Assembly (NCBI GenBank): GCA_045123795.1
Contig: JBGVKN010000082.1
Span: forward strand, 26,147-90,146
Source of the DNA: Faecousia sp.
GTDB taxonomy: Bacteria > Bacillota > Clostridia > Oscillospirales > Oscillospiraceae
DNA length: 64,000 bases
Direction of reading: 5' to 3'
The first letter of the stretch is position 1; each line of letters opens with the position of its first letter. The position numbers and the translations under genes are program-made. Of the stretch, positions 1 to 7,325 are shown in pieces. Below the pieces are notes generated by a model. The model was not told the DNA's origin and made no database searches. It saw only the letters and a list, made by a program, of their open reading frames with translations.

Positions 1-192
1 GGTGGTGACTATCAGGAACTGCAAAAGCTGAAACGGTTATCGGAAGATCTGAAACTTTCAATTCTGCTGGTGCATCACCTGCGGAAAATGAGTGACAGAG
101 ATCCGCTGAACAACGGTCATCTATATTCCGGAACGGAAACAGCATCTCAGTGCTATGCGTGCGGTGATGAACTACTGTATGAGAGAGGATAA
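1..192 (+). pseudogene. 3'-truncated AAA_25/RepA-like helicase fragment (window-truncated at 5')
   Basis: Frame 1 reads DYQELQKLKRLSEDLKLSILLVHHLRKMSDRDPLN, resembling the 'ILLVHHLRK...DPLN' segment of AAA_25 proteins in Firmicute mobile elements. Similarity stops at ~nt 111 and the frame ends at TAA 190-192. Confidence 0.65.
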
Positions 193-1528
193 GGTGCGGG
201 ATGAACAATCGGGGCGGCACTTGGTCAGCGGCATCTACTGCGATGGCTTTAATCCTGTTACCGAGTTTGAAGCAACCAAAGCAGCTTACCGAAAATTGGA
301 CGGCATGAACTTCTATCAGTACGTTCAATCCTTCTCGCCCAGAGAACCCATCACACCGGCACAGGCTCACGAGATTGCAAAGGAGTTTGCGGAACGAGCA
401 TGGCCGGGACATGAGGTGCTGGTAGCTACCCACTGTGATGCTGCCCATATCCACTCTCATCTGGTAATCAACTCTGTCAGCTATGAAACTGGATTAAAGC
501 TGCGTCAGGACCCAAGCACGTTGAAAAAGCTTCGCCAGCTCAGCGATGAGATCTGTCAAGCTCATGGACTGACTGTGTTGAAACCCTACCAAAGCGGTGG
601 ACAGAACCTTTCTGCCAGAGAGTATCGTACAGCGAAGAAGGGCGAGAGCTGGAAGTTCCGTTTGATGTACCATATCGGAAAAGCCATGGAGCAGAGTGCT
701 AGCCGTGAGGGCTTCATTGCCCTCATGCAGAAAAAGGGCTATCAAGTCCTCTGGACAGACGAACGGAAACACATTACCTTCATCTGTCCCAACGGAATGA
801 AGTGCAGAGGATCACGTCTGCACCACGAAAAATACGCAAAGGAGAATTTTAAAAATGAGTTTGCAATACGACAACGACTCACCGATGACCGAATTAGATC
901 GGCTGATGCAGCAGAACGCAGAAGCGGTAGAGACCATACAACTGACACCCTACCAGCCCATCGTCTGGGCAATCCCCGACGATATCCGGCAGCAGGAGCA
1001 GGCATTGCTGGCACAGGCGGTGGAGTTCCAGCCGGAGCTGTATCGGATGATCAGCCTTCGTCCTACCAAGATGGAGTTGGGACAAGCGATGGCACAGCAC
1101 GTTCGGTTGCTGAAAGACCGCAACGAACAGACGATGCAATCCATACAGACCGCCCTCCGACAGGCTGGGAACGAGAGAGAACAGCATTCCTCCGCCATCT
1201 CGAAAATGCTCTCGGAGAGCCTCACGGCTATGGAGGATACAGCCACTCGGCTGGAGCGCAGAGTGCGAAAACTGTTCGCCATTACAGTGTCGGCATCGGC
1301 AGTGGCCTCGGTGCTGGTCTGCGTGGTCTGGCAGTGGCTTCTCAGATAATTGATGACGAGGAAGATCCAGAGGAACGGCGTAAACGCATGGAAGCCGAAC
1401 AGAACGGCTCCGACTTGGGAACGGCTCTGGGTCTTTCCATCGGTGCTGTCATGGCTCTGACCACGGAAGAACAGGAGGAATGCAATGAATACTATGTCGA
1501 AGAAGAAACCTGGCAGCAGACAATGTAA
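113..1528 (+). CDS. Relaxase/mobilisation nuclease (MOBP-like); native start codon missing
   Basis: Motifs YQYVQSFSP, HEIAKEFA and HUH-type THCDAAHIHSHLVINSV. The frame extends upstream of ATG155 as TVIYIPERKQHLSA to an in-frame TGA at 107-109 with no start codon. Confidence 0.85.
   Translation, partial: TVIYIPERKQHLSAMRAVMNYCMREDKVRDEQSGRHLVSGIYCDGFNPVTEFEATKAAYRKLDGMNFYQYVQSFSPREPITPAQAHEIAKEFAERAWPGHEVLVATHCDAAHIHSHLVINSVSYETGLKLRQDPSTLKKLRQLSDEICQAHGLTVLKPYQSGGQNLSAREYRTAKKGESWKFRLMYHIGKAMEQSASREGFIALMQKKGYQVLWTDERKHITFICPNGMKCRGSRLHHEKYAKENFKNEFAIRQRLTDDRIRSADAAERRSGRDHTTDTLPAHRLGNPRRYPAAGAGIAGTGGGVPAGAVSDDQPSSYQDGVGTSDGTARSVAERPQRTDDAIHTDRPPTGWERERTAFLRHLENALGEPHGYGGYSHSAGAQSAKTVRHYSVGIGSGLGAGLRGLAVASQIIDDEEDPEERRKRMEAEQNGSDLGTALGLSIGAVMALTTEEQEECNEYYVEEETWQQTM
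855..1349 (+). CDS. Overprinted MobB-like coiled-coil protein with C-terminal membrane anchor
   Basis: AAGGAG at 839-844 before ATG855; helical Q/E/L-rich 164 aa ending in hydrophobic LFAITVSASAVASVLVCVVWQWLLR; lies entirely inside the relaxase ORF in another frame. Confidence 0.6.
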   Translation: MSLQYDNDSPMTELDRLMQQNAEAVETIQLTPYQPIVWAIPDDIRQQEQALLAQAVEFQPELYRMISLRPTKMELGQAMAQHVRLLKDRNEQTMQSIQTALRQAGNEREQHSSAISKMLSESLTAMEDTATRLERRVRKLFAITVSASAVASVLVCVVWQWLLR

Positions 1529-1567
1529 GTCTAAACACAAAACAACCAAGAAAGGAAATGATGAAAT

Positions 1568-1597
1568 GTATACTGTTTTGAATTTACGAGGAAAATA
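1568..1597 (+). promoter_or_regulatory. Possible sigma-F/sigma-G-type promoter
   Basis: GTATA-N15-GAGGAAAATA versus the sigma-F-like consensus GYATA-N15-GGNNANANTA (one mismatch); short motif in AT-rich DNA. Confidence 0.3.
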
Positions 1598-1626
1598 TAG
1601 GCAGCGACGAAGATGGAGGAATGGAT

Positions 1627-1911
1627 TTGGAATTAAGAGTACACCAGGATATGAAGATTGTTGAGATTTGGTTGACCAAAACGGACCGGGAAAATGGAGA
1701 GTTGCAAGAACGGCTCCATCAAATGTATCAAGACTATACGGCAAAGAGCTTCAAGGTGGCGCAGTTTCATTCCGGGGCGGATGACCTGTATGCTGCCACC
1801 CGGGATTTGCTGCTGTTTAATCGGAAACGGATTGCAGAGCTTGAAAACCTCCGGGAGAAAAGTCCAAATCTTACCGGTAGCTATTCCGGCGGTGTTCCGA
1901 TACAATGTTGA
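1627..1911 (+). CDS. Small hypothetical protein upstream of the recombinase (candidate directionality factor)
   Basis: GGAGG at 1615-1619 fits TTG1627 better than ATG1621; reads MELRVHQDMKIVEIWLT. Confidence 0.65.
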   Translation: MELRVHQDMKIVEIWLTKTDRENGELQERLHQMYQDYTAKSFKVAQFHSGADDLYAATRDLLLFNRKRIAELENLREKSPNLTGSYSGGVPIQC

Positions 1912-1941
1912 TTGCAAAAAGACAGAGAAGGAGTGGCAATA

Positions 1942-4098
1942 TTGATAGAAACCTTTGATATCGCAGGATACGCCCGTATTTCTGTGGACGAAGAACAGGA
2001 CAGGGACAACACCTCTATTGAAAACCAGAAGGCGATTATTGAGGATTTTGTCCGGCACAAGTTCCCCGGCTCCCGGCTGACCTTTTATGAAGACCGTGAC
2101 CGTTCCGGCTACACCTTTGAGCAGCGGGAAGGGTATCAGAAAATGCGGCGGCTGATGATGGCGCATCAGATCGATATTCTGATCGTGAAGGACTTCTCCC
2201 GGTTCTCCCGTCGGAACAGCCGGGGATTGGTGGAACTGGAGGATCTTCGGGATGCTGGAGTACGGATCATCTCCATCGGTGACGGCATTGACTTTCCCAA
2301 CGATGATGACTGGCTGAAAATTCAGTTTCAGTTCCTCATTAACGAGATGCCCGTCACAGACACCAGCAAGAAGGTCAAGAACGTCATCAAGCGGCGGCAG
2401 GCAGACGGCAAGTGGATTTGTGCTGCACCCTATGGGTACATCATCAACAAGAAACAGGAGTTTGAAGTTGTCCCAACGGAGGCAGATATTATCCGTAAAA
2501 TCTTTGACCTCTACAACAACGAAGGCTGGGGTTACAAGCGAATCGCCAACCATCTGACGGCACAGGGCATCCCGACGCCCCGTATGTCCGAAAAGCAGCG
2601 AAAGGAGGAAGCTGGTGAGGAAAACAAGATCAAGGCAAAACCGGAGTGGAGCATCGTTACCGTTCAGGGGATTTTGGACAACGATTTCTACATCGGCACT
2701 TTCCGGCAGGCAAAGTACACACGGAAAAAGATCAATGGCAAGGATGTGAAGCTGGACGAGGACGATCATATCGTCATTGAAAACCATCACCAAGCTATCA
2801 TCGATTACCGCACCTTTGCAATCACGCGCGCATTGAGAGAAAAGCGTACTACATCCCATTACCGAGGTGTGAAAAAGTACGACAATGTCTACTCCGGTTT
2901 TTTGGAGTGCGGTGATTGTGGTAGCCCTATGTTTGCCATGAGCCGCAAGGATATGAAGCCTGCCTACACCTGCGGCACCTATCACCGCCGTGGTCGGGAT
3001 GGCTGCTCCTCCCACCACATCCGGGTGGATGTCTTGGATCAGATGCTGAAGCTGTATGTGCAGAAGGTCATGGAAAATTCCACAGCCATGCTGGAACAGC
3101 TGAATGCAGACCTTGCCAGAGAGCAGGAGGATGTGACCGAAACGGAGGCCTCTGCCGACCGTCTGGCGGAGATCATGGAGGACTTGCAGGCGGAGTTGAA
3201 AGCCACCAAGCGGCAGCGAGTCCGGGATATCATGAAGCACCCGGAAGATGAACAGTTGTTGGAGGAAACTTACGATGAACTGGAAGCGGAGCTTCACAAG
3301 AAGATCGCCGGTATCCGTCATCAGATTGAAATGCTCTCCGACAAGCGCAACACCATCATCAAGGTCAACCGGGCGGCAAAGACCGCCATGGATGTGTTTG
3401 AGGATATTCTGAACAAGGAAACGCTCGACCGGAACGATCTGGAGTTGATCATTCGCAGAATCCGGGTGTATGAGGATCATGTGGAAATCGAATTGAAAGC
3501 AGATGTGGATAACCTGATCCGCTGTGGGGAATTGGAGAAAGCCGCAAATTTTGAGCAAGGCAGTATGGATATCTTAAAGACCGAACTAGTCCAATCGAGT
3601 TTTCATCGAAAGGACAAGGTCTATACTGTCAATGTTATCAGTGACGGTGACCCGTTGGAGATTTACACCGAAAAGGATGGGGGCGTGATTTTCCGGAAGT
3701 ATTCGCCCATGGGGGATCTGCAGGATTTTGCTGCCCAAATCTGTGACTCTATCGGCGCAAACACCGGGCTCATTGCTGCGGTTTCCGATCGGGATAGCAT
3801 CATTGCTCTGTCCGGTGCGCCCAAGCGTGAGTTGATAGACAAACCCAACTCTCAGGAACTGGACAAGCTGATGGAGCAGCGGCGCAACTACCGCTATGTT
3901 TCCGGTGAGAATCTGATCCGTGCCACAGAAGGGTCGGACAAGTACCATCTGGGCGTGGCGGCGCCGATCCTGTCCCAAGGGGATCTGATGGGCTGTGTTA
4001 TGCTGCTGATGGGCGAGGATCGCATTCCCATGCAGGAAGCGGATCAAAAGCTGGCTCAGACCGTGGCGGGATTTTTGGGAAAACAAATGGAAAGCTAA
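1942..4098 (+). CDS. Large serine recombinase fused in frame to the C-terminal 150 aa of SpoVT
   Basis: Catalytic YARIS, DRSG and KDFSRFSR motifs, recombinase domain, CGDCG..C..C zinc ribbon and coiled coil; SpoVT-like from nt 3646. AAGGAG at 1928-1933 precedes TTG1942. Confidence 0.9.
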   Translation: MIETFDIAGYARISVDEEQDRDNTSIENQKAIIEDFVRHKFPGSRLTFYEDRDRSGYTFEQREGYQKMRRLMMAHQIDILIVKDFSRFSRRNSRGLVELEDLRDAGVRIISIGDGIDFPNDDDWLKIQFQFLINEMPVTDTSKKVKNVIKRRQADGKWICAAPYGYIINKKQEFEVVPTEADIIRKIFDLYNNEGWGYKRIANHLTAQGIPTPRMSEKQRKEEAGEENKIKAKPEWSIVTVQGILDNDFYIGTFRQAKYTRKKINGKDVKLDEDDHIVIENHHQAIIDYRTFAITRALREKRTTSHYRGVKKYDNVYSGFLECGDCGSPMFAMSRKDMKPAYTCGTYHRRGRDGCSSHHIRVDVLDQMLKLYVQKVMENSTAMLEQLNADLAREQEDVTETEASADRLAEIMEDLQAELKATKRQRVRDIMKHPEDEQLLEETYDELEAELHKKIAGIRHQIEMLSDKRNTIIKVNRAAKTAMDVFEDILNKETLDRNDLELIIRRIRVYEDHVEIELKADVDNLIRCGELEKAANFEQGSMDILKTELVQSSFHRKDKVYTVNVISDGDPLEIYTEKDGGVIFRKYSPMGDLQDFAAQICDSIGANTGLIAAVSDRDSIIALSGAPKRELIDKPNSQELDKLMEQRRNYRYVSGENLIRATEGSDKYHLGVAAPILSQGDLMGCVMLLMGEDRIPMQEADQKLAQTVAGFLGKQMES
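3646..4098 (+). pseudogene. spoVT: 3' part of stage V sporulation protein T gene, interrupted by the element
   Basis: GDPLEIYTEKDGGVIFRKYSPMG...AVSDRDSIIA...APILSQGDLMGCV...TVAGFLGKQMES matches SpoVT (end of the AbrB-like domain plus GAF domain); the first ~30 residues are absent. Confidence 0.88.
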
Positions 4099-4102
4099 AA
4101 CT

Positions 4103-4130
4103 CCGGCGCTGTTCATCAGAACAGCGCCGG
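4103..4130 (+). terminator. Hairpin after spoVT
   Basis: CCGGCGCTGTTC-ATCA-GAACAGCGCCGG. Confidence 0.7.
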
Positions 4131-4144
4131 GATTGTTGATAAGG

Positions 4145-4496
4145 TAAATTGTTGTTTAGAGGAGAATGTACTTTTCTTGTTTCGGCAAGAAAAGTACGAA
4201 AAGAAGCCGACTTAAGAGGCCCTGAGTGTCGCGCTCCCGCGCGCCAAAGCCGGCCTCTTAAGAAACTCCCGGCGCGCACTTGGCAAAGATTATGCAAAAC
4301 ATCACTCGGCAGGGCGAAAATCGGAACATTTTCGCCTTGGTTTCGATGCTTCGTCTTAGTTTTTAGGCTGCGGGAGGGGTTCTTAGGGGAGGGCGCATTT
4401 TGCGAAGCAATTAGCGCCTCCCCTATGCCGACTTCTTTGGTTACTTTCTTGTTCGGAGACAAGAAAGTAACACTTTCTTCGCTAAACAACAATTTA
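4145..4496. repeat. MITE-like element, copy 1
   Basis: Perfect 15-bp terminal inverted repeat TAAATTGTTGTTTAG / CTAAACAACAATTTA; internal hairpins GTACTTTTCTTG..CAAGAAAAGTAC and GTTACTTTCTTG..CAAGAAAGTAAC. Confidence 0.75.
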
Positions 4497-4507
4497 TCGT
4501 ACAAGGA

Positions 4508-6928
4508 TCATTTCTCTTTGGGGCCGTAATGGAGTTCTTTTTCATAAGCCCGGGCGGTTTTTCTGCCACGGAAGAACCCACGCACCAGCCGCCCGATCCC
4601 ACGCCAGAAGTGCCCGTTGACCAGATACACGATATCCTCAGTCATGGCTCGGCTGATGATGCCGCCAGTCATCTGCGCCATGGATCGGATGGGCATATTG
4701 AGAATGAAGGCGTAGGTCATATCCGGTTTTTCACGCTGCTTTTCCAGCCTGCGGTTCAGGAATCGATACATCCAGCGAGCGGCGGCAGACTTGGCATCCC
4801 GGAAGCGGAAAATGGGATCGTTGATCCCAATATCGCCGCTCCAGCGGCTTTCCGGAATGGGGCGGCCCAGCAGAATTGCAAATTCTTCATCGGATACATT
4901 TTTAATGTTGCCACTTTCATAGCTGGGCAGGTTCAGGCTGGGGGCGACGGCTTCGGTGCCGATGATCCGAACCGTGGCACTGAGCCGAATATCGGACACG
5001 CTGGCACCAATGCTGATGTTGTAATGGGCGGTTTCCGTTTCCCAGCGGTTGGTGGCGGTGTTAAAGTAGCGGAAAGCCTTATCGTCCAGCTCAATGGTGA
5101 CCCGGCGACTCTCGCCGGCGTTGAGGAACACCTTTTGGAAGCTTTTCAGCTCCTTTTTGGGCCGGAGAACCTTGCCTGTGCGGCAGGAAACATAGACTTG
5201 AGCCACTTCGGAACCAGCGCAATTGCCGGTGTTGGTCAAGGTGAAGGTCACTTTCCGTCCGTCGGTTTGCAGGTCGGAGTAGGCAAAGGTCGTGTAGCTC
5301 AGGCCGTAGCCGAAGGGATAGCGGACAGTGATGCCGGCAGTGTCGTAATAACGGTAGCCAACGAACAGGCCCTCTCGATATTCGCTGGTGCGTTCCCTGC
5401 CGGGGTAGTAGTGATAACAGGGGGTGTCCTCTAATGTCAATGGCCAGCTTTCTGCCAGCTTTCCGCTGGGATTAACAGCACCCATCAGCGCCTTTGCCAT
5501 GGCTCCAGCCCCGGCCTGACCGCTTAAGTATCCGTGGATTACCGCACGGCGAGGACAATTCGGAATGACAAAGGGTGCGCCGCCGGACAACACCAGTACC
5601 ACATTGTCGTTGGCATGGCACACGGCGCTGATCAGGGCTTGCTGGGCCTTGGGCAGATCCATGTGGGGACGGTCCAGCCCCTCGCATTCAGAAAGCTCGT
5701 CAAGGCCGACGCACAACAGGACAACATCGGCGTTTTTAGCGATTGCGAGTGCCTCCCGGATCAGCGTGCGGTCAGCAGCTCCATTGCCCCGGCGGTAGCC
5801 TTGAGCAAAGGTTACGTTGGGGCAGCTATTTTTCAGCTCTGTCAGCAGGTTGTCCACCCGGGTGGGGTTGACCAAGCTGGAGCCTGCGCCCTGATACCGG
5901 GGCGCTTGGGCAAAGTCGCCGATGACCGCTATTTTGGCATCACCCTCCAGGGGCAGAATACCGTCATTTTCCAAAAGAACGATGGACTCGGCGGCGCATT
6001 TTTGAGCCAAAGCATGGTGCGCATCTGCGTCAAATCCCTTGGGGGCAGCGGCTTCGGTGGTGGCAAGGATAACAGGCAGCAGTTCCCGCAGGCGGTCGTC
6101 CAGATCGCCCTCGGAAATCTTACCGCTGCGGACGGCGTCGCATACTGCCTGCGCATTGCCCAGCCCGGGGTTGGGCATATTCAGGGCGCATCCGGCGGCG
6201 ATGCCGTCGGCAGGATCGTTGCAGGCACCCCAGTCGGATACCACGAAGCCGTCAAAGCCCCATTCATCCCGAAGGATTTCCTTCAAAAGGTGGGGGTTTT
6301 CGTTGGCGTAAACGCCGTTGACCGGGTTGTAAGCGGACATGATGGCTTTGGCACCGCCCTCTTTGACGGCGATTTCGAAGCCTGTCAGGTAAATTTCACA
6401 GAGGGTGCGCTCGTCTACCACAGAGTCGGTACACATCCGTTGCAGCTCCTGCGAGTTGGCAGCGAAATGCTTGGGGCAGGCGGCTACGCCCTGACGCTGG
6501 ATACCCCGGATGTAAGCGGCGGCCATTTTGCCTGCCAGATAGGGGTCTTCGGAGAAGTATTCAAAATTTCTGCCGCATAGGGGACTGCGCTTGATATTTA
6601 GACCGGGGCCGAGAACCACGTGAACGCTCTGATTGCGGGCTTCCTCACCAAGGGCGGTGCCCAATTCCTCGCCCAGTGCCGGGTTCCAGGAGTTCGCCAT
6701 AGTGGCGGCGGTGGGGAAGCAGGTGGCGGGCAAGGATTCGTTGATGCCAAGATGGTCTGCTGAGCCTGCCTGCTTGCGCAGACCGTGGGGGCCGTCAGCC
6801 AGCCACATACCGGGCAGAAGCACCCGAGGGATGGGCCGGGTGGTCCATGAGGTGTTGCCTTGCAGAAGTGCCGCTTTTTCCTCAAGGGATAGTTTTTTGA
6901 TGTAATCTTCAACAGTCATGCAGTCCAC
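4508..6928 (-). CDS. Glycoside hydrolase family 3 (beta-glucosidase-like)
   Basis: ADGPHGLR, PLCGRNFEYFSEDP, CPKHF, VVSDW nucleophile motif, YPFGYGLSYT and Fn3-like domain. Confidence 0.93.
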   Translation of the reverse strand: MDCMTVEDYIKKLSLEEKAALLQGNTSWTTRPIPRVLLPGMWLADGPHGLRKQAGSADHLGINESLPATCFPTAATMANSWNPALGEELGTALGEEARNQSVHVVLGPGLNIKRSPLCGRNFEYFSEDPYLAGKMAAAYIRGIQRQGVAACPKHFAANSQELQRMCTDSVVDERTLCEIYLTGFEIAVKEGGAKAIMSAYNPVNGVYANENPHLLKEILRDEWGFDGFVVSDWGACNDPADGIAAGCALNMPNPGLGNAQAVCDAVRSGKISEGDLDDRLRELLPVILATTEAAAPKGFDADAHHALAQKCAAESIVLLENDGILPLEGDAKIAVIGDFAQAPRYQGAGSSLVNPTRVDNLLTELKNSCPNVTFAQGYRRGNGAADRTLIREALAIAKNADVVLLCVGLDELSECEGLDRPHMDLPKAQQALISAVCHANDNVVLVLSGGAPFVIPNCPRRAVIHGYLSGQAGAGAMAKALMGAVNPSGKLAESWPLTLEDTPCYHYYPGRERTSEYREGLFVGYRYYDTAGITVRYPFGYGLSYTTFAYSDLQTDGRKVTFTLTNTGNCAGSEVAQVYVSCRTGKVLRPKKELKSFQKVFLNAGESRRVTIELDDKAFRYFNTATNRWETETAHYNISIGASVSDIRLSATVRIIGTEAVAPSLNLPSYESGNIKNVSDEEFAILLGRPIPESRWSGDIGINDPIFRFRDAKSAAARWMYRFLNRRLEKQREKPDMTYAFILNMPIRSMAQMTGGIISRAMTEDIVYLVNGHFWRGIGRLVRGFFRGRKTARAYEKELHYGPKEK

Positions 6929-6941
6929 TCCTTTGAAATGG

Positions 6942-7186
6942 TAAATTGTTGTTTAGTGGAGCAATCAAGGCCCCCTCTGACGAGGGGGCAGTCACGGCGA
7001 ACGCCGTGACTAGGGGAGAGAAAATGCGAAAATCACCTCACTACCGAGAAAAACTGCACATTTTATCTCTCCCTCAGTCAAAAATCAGAGATTTTTGACA
7101 GCTCCCTCGTCAGAGGGAGCCTTTGCGCCCAGAGGGCGCTGTCGCTCCAACGGGGCGACAAATTCTCTACGTCAAACAACAATTTA
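6942..7186. repeat. MITE-like element, copy 2
   Basis: 13-bp terminal inverted repeat TAAATTGTTGTTT / AAACAACAATTTA; multi-hairpin interior similar to 37570-37762. Confidence 0.75.
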
Positions 7187-7263
7187 TCTAATTATAATGA
7201 TTATAGCACAAACAGCCATTTTCTGCAAGAAAACGATTACAGCTATCCTTTATTGGGGCATCA

Positions 7264-7292
7264 TTGACGCAATGGCATCCGTCTGCTATAAT
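7264..7292 (+). promoter_or_regulatory. Sigma-A promoter
   Basis: TTGACG-N17-TATAAT with an extended TG. Confidence 0.7.
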
Positions 7293-7325
7293 GTGCGTGA
7301 ATGATGATGAATGAGAGGAACAAAA

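Larger units (their letters stand above)
1..3660 (+). mobile_element. Right end of an integrative mobilisable element; right junction near 3640-3660
   Basis: Rep-like, relaxase and serine integrase genes, then an abrupt switch to spoVT at GGTGACCCGTTGGAG. The left end is outside the window. Confidence 0.8.

Noticed and set aside
1633-3558. 641-aa minus-strand ORF (likewise 9508..11127, 30430..31842, 52716..54941 and other long antisense ORFs)
   Set aside because: Antisense shadows of well-supported genes with biased codon usage; no motifs of their own.
3998-4529. ORFs on both strands across the 4145-4496 element
   Set aside because: Translations of palindromic repeat DNA without convincing starts or protein-like composition.
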